The position numbers were made by a program, and so were the translations under genes. Of a DNA stretch of 64,000 nt, positions 1 through 12,501 are shown one piece after another. The first letter of the stretch is position 1. The number at the start of each line of letters is the position of its first letter. The stretch covers positions 96,846,001 to 96,910,000 of the forward strand of contig NC_058368.1 in NCBI RefSeq assembly GCF_018350175.1, written 5' to 3'. This DNA comes from Felis catus (taxonomy: Eukaryota). The notes below the pieces were generated by a model. The model was not told the origin of the DNA. It worked only from the letters and a program-made list of their open reading frames with translations, and did not search any database.

Positions 1-369
1 CAAGCTGTGATTGGCAGCAGAAGGACTGAGGTGTATGGCGAGGATGTTGACATGTTAGGGGCATCTATGTGGTCAAGTGACCATGGCTTTCAGCCTGAGC
101 ATCAGTAGAAGGACTTCTCAAAATATCGTCATGATTCATGTTCACAGCAGCATCGAAGGGCTATGTCCAAAGGCCATGTGCCACCTCTGTCTGCAGGAGT
201 CTGGCCAGGAGAGGACTTGAGATTGAGAAGGTGAAGGAGTCCATTTTTATTCTTTTCTACATCCTCCCACAGTGCATGTATCCTGGCTCTAGAAAGCAAA
301 CCATTAAGGCTTTTCTCAACAGCCAGAGAGCCAAGCAACTCTCAAGTGGTGTTAGAACGTATCAGAACA

Positions 370-577
370 GGGGCCCCTGAGTCCCTCCGTTGGCAAAGCT
401 TCTGAGTCTTGACTTCGACTCAGGTCATGATCTCACGGTTTGTAAGTTTGAGCCCCACATCGGGCTCTGCACTGACAGTGCGAAGCCTGCTTGGGATTTT
501 CTCTCTCCCTCTGCCCCTTCCCCACTTGCTCTCTATCTCTCTCTCTCTAAATAAAAGATAATAATAATAATATAAAC
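370..577 (+). mobile_element. Can-SINE
   Basis: tRNA-like head (CTCAGGTCATGATCTCACGG...GAGCCCCACATCGGGCTCTGC), CT-rich region, A-rich tail; TSD ttagaacgtatcagaaca (352-369) / ttagaacataccagaaca (578-595). Confidence 0.95.
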
Positions 578-1344
578 TTAGAACATACCAGAACATACAC
601 AGGTGGATGTGACGAGCAAATCTCCATCTTCCATTCAGACCAGGAGAATAGGGTCATTTGTGTCTTACAAAACGAGTTCTGCTATTACACAAAGAATAGT
701 TAGTAACGATAACACAATCTCAGAGCAACTTGGTCTCAGAAATGTTTATCAAATATGTTTTATGATCCTGAGTACACAATGAAAAAGTCCGATGTATGAA
801 TCGTTTCTCTTCCACCTAGAGAAGAAACACTAATGAAGCAGGGGTCAAATATTGATATGCCTGCAGTCACAAAACCCTAGACCCTTTCCCAGTTCATCTC
901 ACCAGTAATTTATTCACCGCTGTCAACTGCAGAAAGGGCAAACTCCTCACCGCCACGACCTTCCCTCTTTCCTCTCAAGTTCTTCTCGCAAAACTATTCA
1001 GTATCTCTTATTTGGCGATTCTGCTGCAGAGTGCCCACACAAAACTTCCAGACTGGTGAGGCTGCACCGACATCCGCTTAATTTTGAGCAAAGAATACGA
1101 ACAAATTATGTGGCTATTTTGGCATCTTACGGGTATTGTTGCTGTATGTTAATTCCACTATTCCATCCCTTCTTAGGAATCAAAAGCGGACACAAGACAG
1201 AAAGGGAAGAGAGGTGGAAATAAAACAGAAAGGTTTTTCAGCTCACCATCTTAAGAGTCACTAGCACTATGTGCGAAACATTGTGGCGCAAAAAAGTTTA
1301 AAATTCTTAGCTAGAAAACAACTATGTTGAACTAGTTAATAGTT

Positions 1345-1830
1345 GTACTGTAGTGCCTGAGCACACATGCTATGGAATCCGACTGGCCAAATTAACTGGC
1401 TCCACATCTCACCAGCTGGGCGACCTTGACCAGTCACTTCACTTCTCTGCGCCTCGGCTGGCCAATCAGTAAAATGGGATGACAATAGTACCTCCCTCAC
1501 AAGGATTGTGAAAATTAAATCATATAAGTAAAACCCATTAGAAATGGGTCAGACTCGGGGCGCCTGGGTGGCTCAGTTGGTTAAGCATCCGACTTCGGCT
1601 CAGGTCATGATCTCACAGTTTGTGAGTTTGAGCCTCATGTCGGGCTCTGTGCTGACAGCTGGGAGCTTGGAGCCTGCTTTCAGATTCTGTGTCTCCTTCT
1701 CTCTCTTCCCCTCCCTAACTTGTGCTCTGTCTCTCTATATCTCTCAAAATATAAATAAATGTAAAAAAATTTTTAAAAAAAGAAATGGGTCAGACTCACG
1801 GAAAGAGCTTTATAAATGGTAGCTGCTGCC
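1345..1830 (+). mobile_element. MIR, interrupted by a Can-SINE
   Basis: MIR core-like gaccttgaccagtcacttcacttctctgcgcctcgg...gtaaaatgggatgacaatagtacctccctcacaaggattgtg. Confidence 0.8.
1557..1780 (+). mobile_element. Can-SINE (felid type)
   Basis: GGGGCGCCTGGGTGGCTCAGTTGGTTAAG head; perfect 17-bp TSD agaaatgggtcagactc (1540-1556 / 1781-1797). Confidence 0.97.
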
Positions 1831-2149
1831 ATTATTATATTTATTATTATTATTATTATTATTATTGAGTCAGGAACTGAAAGGTGTGAAAACGATGAGA
1901 GAAACATAAAACATGGTCTCTGTTCCCAAGGACCTTCAATCCTACGAGGAATAAAAGCCCCACTGAGGCAACAGTGAGGGAACAAAAGGGCCATCGTTTG
2001 TACTTCTCATGACCAGTTCAATAAAAGCTCCAGGAAGGGCAGGCTCAGCCTGACCCACCCCTGCAGTCATAGGATTCTTGGAAGGGCATGCCCACAATTC
2101 AGGCCTTGAAGAATGAACAGGATTTCAAAAGTTGCTCTAGGCTTGCCCT

Positions 2150-2306
2150 TGGACATGTGGTCCCCAGATGTGTTTTGTTTGGCTTATGCAGGACTTTTAA
2201 TACATTTTAATTAGTTGCCAACATTTAAAATTAGATCATCCTCCACCCTGCTTCAGCCATTTAATTACCTGCCTGGTTCTTGTCATGAGTTGAGTTTGCA
2301 ACCCCT
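2150..2306. mobile_element. hAT-Charlie DNA transposon fossil (MER102-like)
   Basis: cagatgtgttttgtttggc...aattagttgccaacatttaaaa...gagtttgcaacccct motifs recalled from MER102. Confidence 0.55.
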
Positions 2307-2821
2307 AATCTATGGACTTAACACCCATTCTTATTGTCATGAGTAACTATAAGCTTTGGTAAACATATTAGAATGATTTATTTTCTTCATATAACTGCGC
2401 CATGCATAACAGCAAGGGTTCATAAAAGTTCTTTTCTTTTTAAAAGTAGTTCTTTCTTCTTAGAAATGGATTTCTAACCAGGCCAGCTTGGACCAGATTT
2501 CAGGAAGAATTATAAAATGCATTATGATTTCTTCAACTGTTTTGTCTCTATTGTTCCTTTTTTATTGGGCTATTGGATTAGAGCTTAATGAGCTATCTTT
2601 TACAGGCAAAGAAAGCATAGGACCTTGCAGTGCACGGGGAGAACCTATAACTCACTTGAAAACATTGATAACACGGCAAAAACTTCCTAAGAGACCAAGT
2701 CCTGATTTGACCTTGGTTGGAGCTAAAAGGGCTGCCAGGATGCATTTGGGAAAGGAAGGAGAAACACCAAAGCTTATGCCTACATGCTATTCTGACCACC
2801 TCCTATTCATCCTGTTGGTGA

Positions 2822-3282
2822 AGTAGGGATCCCAGGCCCTAAAAGGTATGAGATGGTCAAATGCACAGTCCCCAGTAATGGCAGTGGGTCACTTACAATA
2901 CTCCCAGCCTGGGGGAGGAGGGCACTACACGGCATGCAAGGCCCACATGGGAGTTGCATGCAAGGCCCACATGGCAAGATGAACCAGCAGGGGCCATGAG
3001 ACGTAGGCTCTGTAGTGGCAAGAGCGGGAGGTGACCCCTGGTCCCTACAGAAGGATGGAATTGTCTTGGTAATTTTGCTGGCCTGCAGAAAAGTGAACCT
3101 ATTAGGTTGAGGTCCAGGTGGGGGACAGTGAGGCCAGATGATAGGGAACTACCCAGTGTGAGATTTCTCACTTGTTGGGGACAGACCTGAGGAAAGCAGG
3201 GAACTCCCAGCGAGGCTCTGGTGGGGGGGGGGGGGAGGCTCAGAGACATCAAAGCAATGCATGGAATTTCAGGCTTTCCAAT
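2822..3282. mobile_element. ERVL-type solo LTR (MER73/MER74-like)
   Basis: ggcactacacggcatgcaaggcccacatgggagttgca and gtagtggcaagag...gacccctggtccc resemble this LTR group; subfamily from recall. Confidence 0.5.
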
Positions 3283-3324
3283 GTGCATGAGAACATTTAA
3301 AAATATTTATTCTGATGGTTTCAA

Positions 3325-3525
3325 TTTTTTTTTACATTTATTTACTTTTGAGAGAGCTCACGAGTGGAAGAAGGACAGAGAGAGGGAGACTGAGGATCTG
3401 AAGAAGGCTCCGTGTGCTGTCAGCACAGAGCCCAATGCAGGGCTCACACTCACAAACCATGAGATCATGACCTGAGTCAAAATCAAGAGTTGGCCACTTA
3501 AGTGACTAAGCCACCCAAGTGCCCC
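3325..3525 (-). mobile_element. Can-SINE
   Basis: reverse-complement head (ccacccaagtgcccc), gagatcatgacctgag, T-rich tail. Confidence 0.95.
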
Positions 3526-3601
3526 TATCTTGATATTCTAAAATCATGTACAGAACAGTATAAGTTTCTAACTAGTGGTTTTCATGCACTGATTATATTT
3601 C

Positions 3602-3814
3602 TTTTTTTTTTTTTTACGTGTATTTATTTTTGAGAGACAGAGACCGAGCATGAGCGGGGGAAGGGCAGAGAGCGAGGCAGACACAGAATCCAAAGCAGGC
3701 TCCAGGCTCTGAGCTGTCAGCACAGAGCCCAGTGCTGGACTTGAACTCGTGAACTGCAAGATCATGACCTGAGCTGAAGTCGGACGCTTAACTGACTGAG
3801 CCACCCAGGTGCCC
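3602..3814 (-). mobile_element. Can-SINE (felid type)
   Basis: ccaggctctgagctgtcagcacagagccc...gagccacccaggtgccc; poly-T tail. Confidence 0.95.
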
Positions 3815-5850
3815 TGTGACTATTATCTCTTTTAGTATCAAGGTGTTGGATCTCAAACACACTTTTTTGATGGGCTATCATACACAGCTCTTTCCCTGTT
3901 TACAATATTGTAATATGAATGCATCCTTTCTATAATTGTGTATCAGATCAAGTCAGACCATGCCTCATCAGGGCTTCTCTTTTATTTTTCCCACAGGCCA
4001 CGCTGGGTAAGTTCAAAGATACAGGTTCCACTGCCCAAACCTCCATTTTCAATCATTGTTCGTTATAATTCCTTATAACATTTCCTTCAAAATCACCTTG
4101 GTTTCACTACTTTAAAATTGCCTTTTTAGGATCTACAGAAGATGATTCACACTCACATCATGGCTACCTGAAAATCTGACATTCTCCACAGAGAAGTAAC
4201 ACATGTCCTCCATGCCCGCCCAGAGGGAAAAATATAAAGGAATACAGCATTCCCTTCACTATGAGAGATTTGGGGGGCTTTTTTCCAGTATTTTTTTGAA
4301 AAATTGGCCAAGCCTATGTCAGTTGTCTTATTAGTCTTAAATGCTATTAATGGTATAATGCCAGTCACATCTCCCTGTCAGATCTGAGGCAATTCATTGT
4401 ATCGAAAAATCCTTTTTCTATCCTATTTTACCGTAACATGCTTCAACTTGGCTATCTTTCCTTACTGTCTGACAGATGTATGTACTTTCTTCTCTGAAGT
4501 AATGTGAGTCCGAGGATATGCCTCTGCCTCTTCACTGTGAAGTATGAGGCCTACCTTCCTCCCTGTCCCTCATTTCTAGTGACTTCCTTGATCGTCAGCT
4601 TGTCAGTCCTGCTGTCTGTGTGTCCAGCATCTCCAGGTATAGCAGCTTCCTATCTTCTCCAGGCTGACTCCACTCTTCTTGGTGGGGTTGTGTCTGACTA
4701 CAGCACATTTTCTCAGCTCATGTTCTGCAGAGCAGGGGAGACCAGGCGCTGGAACAGACCTCACAGGGTCCAGGCAACATAAACTGCCTCACAGCCAGGT
4801 CCTCAGAAAGAGAACTCAAGAGGAGACTAGGTATAAGTGGCTTTGTTCCAACCACCCTAGAGTTCACATCCATAGACCAGAGGAACCTGTGTACTCTGAA
4901 AATTCCGGGACCATTTTCTCACATCACCACTGGATTCAACTTCCCTTCCTGGTCTACAGAGGAATGTAGAGGCAAAAGTTATGCCCACCATTCAGCTGGG
5001 GAGAAAGAAGACACCATACAGGTTGGTCTCACCAACAACAAGCTATCCAATTTTGGTAAAGGAAAGAGTAGCCATTTTTCTATTTCACAACTGGAGGTGG
5101 TCAAGTTCTCCCAGTGTGTGACATTACGCATTTGGATAACTTCTTGAAGAACACCTTGATGTGCTTCAATCTGTGCCTCCTGCTGTGACTCACTCTGGGA
5201 GGCTTAGTGGAAACAGTGTAGCATAGCCACTTTGTGTTCTGTGTATCATCTTCCAGATTTCTCTTTTGCTTTGCCCATCAGTCTCTTCTCCTCTTGAGAA
5301 GCTGAGAGAACAACTAATCTCCACAAACTGTCTAAGGGATTACAAGTTATGTCTCCCCCACTTTTCCTAACCTGCCACGCTGCCATGAACCCTCCATGGG
5401 AGATGGCTGCTATTAAGGTCTACGCTGTGCACAAGACATCCAAGTAAGACCCAGGATAAGTACTATAGAGTCGCGTACCAGTGACTTTCTTTTCCCGGTA
5501 ACAAGTTACTATGGTATGGACTATATTTACATACTTTATCCCAGCCTGAGATAGCTCCCTCCATGCCACATTCAACTGCCAAACATCTGTCAAGAGCGTC
5601 TTCCCATAGTAGAGGTTAAATAGCTCTTCATTCAGGTGAACTGCTTATCTAAAAATGGGCTTTTGTCCATACAATTATAACACAGCCTTACCATAAATGT
5701 TTTTCAAGCTGAAAATACTTGTATCCACCCTTCCTACATCAGTCCCCTAATGGCCAAGACAGTGGACAACAGTGATCTCCAACAAATCTGGAACAAAAAC
5801 TGGGGGTCGTATATTTAAATCTCATTCAACATTAAAAAAAATTTTTTTTA

Positions 5851-6070
5851 GGGGCGCCTGGGTGGCGCAGTCGGTTAAGCGTCCAACTTCAGCCAGGTCA
5901 CGATCTCGCGGTCCGTGAGTTCGAGCCCCGCGTCGGGCTCTGGGCTGATGGCTCAGAGCCTGGAGCCTGTTTCCGATTCTGTGTCTCCCTCTCTCTCTGC
6001 CCCTCCCCCATTCATGCTCTGTCTCTCTCTGTCCCAAAAATAAATAAACGTTGAAAAAAAAAATTAAAAA
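5851..6070 (+). mobile_element. Young SINEC_Fc-type Can-SINE
   Basis: CpG-rich, near-consensus GGGGCGCCTGGGTGGCGCAGTCGGTTAAGCGTCC...CAGCCAGGTCACGATCTCGCGGTCCGTGAG; sits in the tail of the adjacent minus-strand SINE. Confidence 0.97.
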
Positions 6071-6073
6071 TAA

Positions 6074-6283
6074 TTTTTTTAATGTTTATTTATTTTTGAG
6101 AGAGATGGAGACAGAATGGAAGTAGGTTAGGGGCAGAGAGAGAGGGAAACACAGATTCCAAAGCAGGCTCCAGGCTCTGAGCTGTCAGCACAGAGCCTGA
6201 CGTGGGGCTCGAATTTGTCAACTGCGAGATCATGATCTGAGCTGAAGTCAGACGCTCAACCAACTGAGCCACCCAGGTGCCCC
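6074..6283 (-). mobile_element. Can-SINE (felid type)
   Basis: reverse-complement head ends 6283; TSD tcattcaacatt (5822-5833) / tcattcagcatt (6284-6295) brackets both SINEs. Confidence 0.95.
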
Positions 6284-7111
6284 TCATTCAGCATTTTAAT
6301 TATTGATGCCCTCTTTTTTTTTTTTTCTGTTTTAACCAGGGCAGTTTACTGTAACTCATGTGATACTTTCCAAAGCACCGCACTGATAATCTGGATGTGG
6401 TTTAAAACCCAGAAATTTTCCAAAGTAAACTTCAGGAGTTCATTCATCTCCCGATCTCTATATCACCCCCTTCTCACTCGCCTTTGAAGAGAAATTTCAT
6501 GTCTGTAAAACCAAGAATAACGATTAGCAAACTCAGTCACTCTTGTCACATTGATATATTTATGGCCAAATAAATTTATTTTTAAACTAATTTTGACTTA
6601 TTCTGATATAGTCATCACTGCTTGTCAATAAGTGGTAATATATACGGCTTTCACACATTCATAAAGATTTCAGTGTTGTTAAATTTTAGAGCGAGAGCTT
6701 GATACTGGGAGAGAAATTTTTTTTCGATGAGGGACAAGGATTCCATATGCTAAAAATGACCTTTCATTTCACAATAGGGCTCAGGCCAGGACTCTCTAGT
6801 CACACTTTGTACATCAGGTTGGAGGAATGAGATCAGACTCGAGGCCCAAGGGCAATGGCGTCATTCCTGCAGGATTTGAAAGGCCGGGACTAAGAATCCA
6901 GATAGAAAGCTCATGAGGACACAACAGGATAAATAACAAGGGGATGGAGTGGATAAGGAAGGTGGTGACACAAGTCCCCGGGGCCCTATTGTCTATCCCT
7001 TCAAAAACCTACTATCATATTAGAGTTCACCAAAAACCCCCTACCTGCACCGGGTCCACGTTCACACTGCATCTCACCTCAGTCTGGCAGCTGAGAGGAA
7101 GAAATGAAGTA

Positions 7112-7350
7112 CAGTAAAACCTTGGTTTGTGAGCATAATTCATTCTGGAAACATGCCTGTAATCCAAACCACTCGTATATCAAAGTGGATTGCATGAACT
7201 GTTGGCTCAGTTGTGATCATGTGACATTCAGCATCATGTAAGACTTGTATTGCAAGACATCACTCATTTATCCAGTTAAAATTTATTAGAAACGCTTGCT
7301 CGTCCTCTGGAACACTCACCAAACTAGTTACTCAATCCAAGGTTTTACAC
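7112..7350. mobile_element. Tc1/mariner Tigger-type MITE
   Basis: TA followed by CAGTAAAACCTTGG at the left end; inverted CCAAGGTTTTAC at 7337-7348. Confidence 0.8.
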
Positions 7351-7544
7351 ATGTTGGTGGTACTGGAGCCCCTTCCAAGTTCCCCAGAGGACCCCTAAGG
7401 CAAATGAGAAACTACGATCCTGCACCCCACACCCCACACACCAGTGGGCACTTCTTGGAGGACAAAGACTGCTTGCTCCCCAACTTTTGATTTCTCCCAT
7501 TGTCTGCCACACTTTTCTCTCGAAAAAGTCAAAGTCATGGATTT

Positions 7545-7601
7545 ATTCTTTCTATTCTTCATTTTCCAGTTTTATTGAGATATAATTGACATGTAATACT
7601 G
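7545..7601 (-). mobile_element. Very short L1 3' end (L1MA9-like)
   Basis: cagttttattgagatataattgacatgtaatactg is the reverse complement of an L1MA-type terminus; possible TSD aaagtcatg / aaagccatg. Confidence 0.7.
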
Positions 7602-7654
7602 AAAGCCATGTTTTTTAACTCCTCTTCCCTTTTTTTAAAAAAAATATTATTCCT

Positions 7655-7880
7655 GGGGTACCTGGGTGGCTCAGTTGACTAAGCATCTGACTCTTGATTT
7701 CTGCTCTAGTCACGATGTTATGGTTTGTGAGTTCAAGTCCTGTGTCGGGCTCTGCACTGGCAGTGCAGAGCCTGCTTGGGATTCTCTCTCTCCCTCTCTC
7801 TGCCCCTCCCCCATTCACATGTCTGTGCTCTCTCCCTCTCTCTCTCAAAATAAATAAATAAATGAAATTTTGAAAGAGGT
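7655..7880 (+). mobile_element. Can-SINE
   Basis: ggggtacctgggtggctcag head, CT region, (AAAT)n tail. Confidence 0.95.
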
Positions 7881-9784
7881 AAAAAATATTTATCATTCCT
7901 CTTTCATGGAATTGCACTTTTTCCTTTTGAGGCAAAGTCACTTCTGAACCAAACTGGACAAACCACACATGACTTAAACATATGTTTTCCAAGGAGTTTT
8001 ATTCTGTTCTCTGAGAAATTTAGCACCACTCTGCCGTCCTAAGTGGCATCAGAATACACTTTCACTACGGAACTGTCAGAATATAATACAGCCTGCAATA
8101 AAATCTAATCGGTAAATAAAGTAACAAAACCACTTCCTTTTCACAGGGGCAGCACAGTCATATTTTAACACGTACTTCTGATGCAAGATCCTAATATCTT
8201 ACTAAATACATTTATTTGCAGTTTGTACGCCTTATGCCCAGACCAGTGCATTATTTGAGTTTAGCTATAGTTTTTGTTAACATTTTAATCAAACTCATAA
8301 ATAAAAGGGAGAAATCTGGCCAGTTGGGAAGGAGCCGAAGTAGAAGAGTATGCACAGCACATCTCGGTGATTTCTCTGGAATATACTAAAATATTGCCAA
8401 AGAATTGTGGGTTTCAGCAAGTAGACTGTTAACAATTACTCAATATTAAGGGGGTGACTTTCAAGATGGGGATTTTTCTCTCTTTGTTTTCTGCTATAAA
8501 TGCGTATGTTTTTTCTTTGACTCCCAACTTTGTTGACTCAGCTTCTGAAGCCGTATCATCAACAATTTATCTTTCCTTGGGCTGCACTATGTTTGTAAAT
8601 CTTTCAACTCAGTCTATTTCCTGAGGTGGCTCTGTGCATCTCTTGCTTTGTTCAAGGGACACAACCGCATTCATTTTGTGCATGAAGCAAACAAACAAAA
8701 CACGGGATGGGGGTCTGTTCTCTTCTAAAAGGTCACATTACATCTTGGTTCAATAAAATGAAGACAGTTCTTTTTGAATAATAATTTTGCCCTGCATATT
8801 AGATTTGGAACATTCTTACAAATAATAAGAAAAGAATACAGTAATGAAAATAAATATATCTCAAACACCATAAAAAAATGTCAATGGAAGCCTTATCTTT
8901 GTTTTCCATATATACCCTTGTAAGAAAGGCATTAAACCCACAGGGTTCTTCTTATAAGCCATCAGTGGAAATTACATGTAGCCAAGGGGTAGGTACCCAT
9001 TAAGATCTAGAAGAATTCATGCTGTAGTTGCTGACCCCATGCATGTTCTATGGCAAAGATGGTCTTCAAAATTTCGGGGTTGACAGCTATTGCTTAGATA
9101 ATTTTTTAATCATTTTGATAGTTACAGTTTCTGTCATTAGTAGGGCAAACTGACAAATTATCAGTGACATATTTACCCTATCAGTGGTATCCCCTCGCTG
9201 CCAAGATTGTGGAAAACATACTTGATCAGCAACATGCATAAAATGTACTAGTTCACCATCTGGTTGTTTGGGCTCAAACTGGAGAGGTTTTTTTTGTTTG
9301 TTTGAACTAGGTAGGGTTGAAACTGTTTCTGGTTCGGTGAAATTTCACAAAAGTAAATTTTCTATGGCATGTTAATCTAATAGTTTCCGCACGGAAGACT
9401 GTGTTGCTCTCCATCAAGAAGGAAGTGAATCCTGTGTATATGGCAGCTCTCAGATTTTCTGGGGTAGGGGTAGCCTGAGTCACGAGGAAAACCATGTACC
9501 ATCCCAAAAGTCCATTCCCACAAAGCTATGACGGGCTCTAAACATGTCAACCATGCATATGAATCACATCACATTTGCAATCTTATAAGCGTGTATTCTT
9601 TCCCTAGACTAAAGCCACTTGCCAGCAGTAATAATATTAATAACTTTCAGACAAGTTACATATCAAGTAAAATGATTTGCATGCACTACTGAATAGCTTA
9701 ATGCCCAAGTTTTAGGTATTCTGAAAGTCTGATATGTCACACTGGAAGAATATGGAACACATTGTCCACTTAAAATAGAAGCAA

Positions 9785-10050
9785 AGTATAGCAGTTATTA
9801 GCACGGACAGTCAAGCCAGAATTCCTAGGTTTGAATCTTAGTTCTGTCATTATCCATGTGTCCTTGGGCCAGTTACTTAACCCGTCTTTGCCTAAGTTTT
9901 ATCATCTATAAAATAATTATATTAACAAAACCTTCCTGAAAAGGTTGCTTTGAGGAGTAAATGAGAAAATATACATAAGGCACTTAGAACAATTTTCTAG
10001 CATTTAATAAGTACTATGTACACGATAGATGCTATTGTCACTATTATTAC
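9785..10050 (+). mobile_element. MIR
   Basis: ccttgggccagttacttaacccgtctttgcctaagttttatcatctataaaat core. Confidence 0.8.
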
Positions 10051-10178
10051 TAATGTCGTCACAAGTAAAGGAACGTTATCTATACGTCACTTTGCTATTT
10101 TGGACAGAACTTTTTCACATGAATCACATTGTTCAGATGGACCATATCCTCTCTTCTGGTGGGTGCTCCTTGGGGTAC

Positions 10179-10228
10179 TTTTTTTTTTCAGACAGATCGA
10201 GAGAGAGAGCATGAGCAGGGGAGGGGCA

Positions 10229-10272
<44 letters not shown>

Positions 10273-10376
10273 CTTAAACAGGCTCCATGCTCAGCATGGA
10301 GCACACTGTGGGGATCATGACCTGAGCCAGAATCAAGAGTTGAACACTAAACTGGCTGAGCCACCCAGGTGCCCCC
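10179..10376 (-). mobile_element. Can-SINE with expanded (GA)n
   Basis: gagccacccaggtgccccc end, atcatgacctgagcc, (GA)n at about 10233-10269. Confidence 0.93.
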
Positions 10377-10870
10377 ATGTCTTCCCTCCTCTTAAACTCA
10401 ATATCGATGACACACATTAATTCTAGGCCCTGCCATACCCACCACATCTTCTGGAAGAACTGCCAGTACACCCAGGTACCACAATCTTGGCTCTCCCAGG
10501 TTTGTACGGAGCCAAACACAGCCCCCTCCTAGGAATGCAAACTGTGGTATAAGGAGAGAATCAGGGGATCCTTAGCAGCTGAGAGATTTTATCAGGAAAG
10601 GACACAGTTACAATGGGGCCATGAGGCATCAGAGGGGGCATATACATGGAAGATATAACACAAGTAGGGAAAGAAGCCTAAGAGGAAGAGAAATCTAGAG
10701 TGGCAGGCAAAGCAGTCCATGAGAAGTGGGGAGAGAAGTAGCAGAGGGAGAAGAGGGAACAGACAGCAATTACAAGGACTGAAGAATGTCTCTTAATGAC
10801 CTTCCCATAGCAGCCTGCCCACCTTACTCTTACCAAGGCCTGACATTTTGATTTCACTTATGGTTCCTTT

Positions 10871-11094
10871 TTCTTTTTTTTTTTTTTAATTTTTTAATTT
10901 TTATTGATTTTTGAGAGAGACACAGAGTGCAAACAGGAGAGGGGTAGACAAAGAGGGAGACCCAGAATCCGAAGCAGGCTCCAGGCTCTGAGCTGTCAGA
11001 ACAGAGCCAGACACAGGGCTCGAACTCACAAGCTGTGAGATCATGAACTAAGCCGAAGTTGGAGGCTTAACCGACTGAACCACCCAGGTGTGCC
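10871..11094 (-). mobile_element. Can-SINE (felid type)
   Basis: gcaggctccaggctctgagctgtcag; poly-T tail; tandem with the next SINE. Confidence 0.95.
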
Positions 11095-11097
11095 TCC

Positions 11098-11312
11098 TTT
11101 TTTTTCCTTAAATTTACTTATTTATTTTGAGAGAGAGACTGTGCAAGCACAAACGGGGTAAGGGCAGAGAGAGGGAGAGAGAGAATCCCAAACAGGTTCC
11201 AGGTTGTCAGCACAGAGCCTGATGTGAGGCTAGAACTCACCAACCTTGAGATCATGACCTGAGCCAAAATCAAGAGTTGGACACTTAATTGACTGAGCCA
11301 ACCAGGTGCCCC
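11098..11312 (-). mobile_element. Can-SINE
   Basis: gagatcatgacctgagccaaaatcaagagttggacac...caggtgcccc. Confidence 0.95.
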
Positions 11313-11539
11313 AATTTTACAAACAATTTCAAATGCTCATTCCTGATCTCCCCAATGGGCATCCTTGCCAGTGGGGTTATTTGAGGCAGGTTTCCAGCAA
11401 AGGAAGGTGTCATTAACTTTATTTTCTTATTTTCTGTATTTTTGATTCTCTGATCTCTAAGGCCTTGCTGTTACATGAGGGACTTCCCCTCCCTGGGCTG
11501 CAGATGCCTTGGGAGTGCACATCAAAGAGGCTGGGGACA

Positions 11540-11800
11540 CCAAAGTGTGAATTCATGATTTCTGGTTATGAGAAGCAGAAAACGTTTTGCAGAAGGGGTG
11601 GTATTTGAGATATATTTTGGATGATAGGGAGAATGTGGACATGTGGACGTATGCTGCATGATGGGACAGGGAGAAAGTCCAGCACAGGGAGTAGCCTGAG
11701 CACAGGTAGGGACAAAGAGAATGACAGCAGTTTGGAAGCCTGATTACATGAAAAGAGCAGAGGAGGCAAAGCCTGGGGGAAAGGTTGGAGCTGAGTTCAC
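11540..11800 (-). mobile_element. L2 fragment
   Basis: purine-rich gaaggggtggtatttgag...agcacagggagtagcctgagcacagg pattern typical of antisense L2. Confidence 0.5.
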
Positions 11801-11856
11801 ATTCATGTTCCCTGAAAGATTAGCCCTTTGTGATGGCTGTAACAGTTAGAGTAGGT

Positions 11857-12109
11857 GCTATTAACTGAATTGTATTCCCTCAAAATCCTTATATTGAAGC
11901 CCTAATCCCTAATGTGATGGTATCTGGAGATAGAGCTCTTTAGGAGGAAATACAAGATGAGCCTAGAACATCTTTTTGAGGGGCGCCTGTGTGTCTCAGT
12001 TGGTTAAGTGTCTGACTCTTGATTTCAGCTCAGGTTATGATCTCACAGTTCATGAGTTGGAGCCTCATGTTAGGCTCTGCAATGACAGCATGGAAACTGC
12101 TTGGTATTC

Positions 12110-12141
<32 letters not shown>

Positions 12142-12501
12142 TCTGTTGCCTGTTAACTCTCTCTCTTTCTCTCTTAAAATAAATAAATAAACTTAAAACA
12201 ATTTTTTTAAAAGATGAGGCCTCATAATAGGATTTAATACCCTAACAAAAAAAAAGACACCAAAGAATTTGCTAGCTCGCTCTCTCTCTCTCTTTCTCTC
12301 TCTCTCATTCTCTCCCCACCTTGTGTGAGCACACAGTGAGAAGGTGGCCATCTACAATCCAGGAAGAGAGCCCTCACCAGGGACCCAAATCAGCTGGCAC
12401 TGTGATCTTGGACTTCCCAGCCTCCAGAACTATGAAAAGTCAACTCCTGTTGGTCAAGCCACCTGGTCTATGGCATTTTGTTATGGCTGCCTGAACTGAC
12501 T
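11857..12501 (+). mobile_element. MaLR LTR (MLT1A/B-like), interrupted by a Can-SINE
   Basis: actgaattgtattccctcaaaatccttatattgaagccctaa...gagaaggtggccatctac...tgatcttggacttcccagcctccagaact...tggcattttgttatggc. Confidence 0.9.
11980..12194 (+). mobile_element. Can-SINE
   Basis: ggggcgcctgtgtgtctcagttggttaag head, (CT)n, AAAT tail. Confidence 0.95.

Noticed and set aside
11954..12221. Apparent double TSD around the SINE in the MLT1 LTR (aagatgagcc / aagatgaggcc outside an inner duplication)
   Set aside because: The outer similarity can be explained by the MLT1 consensus itself, which has two similar words here.
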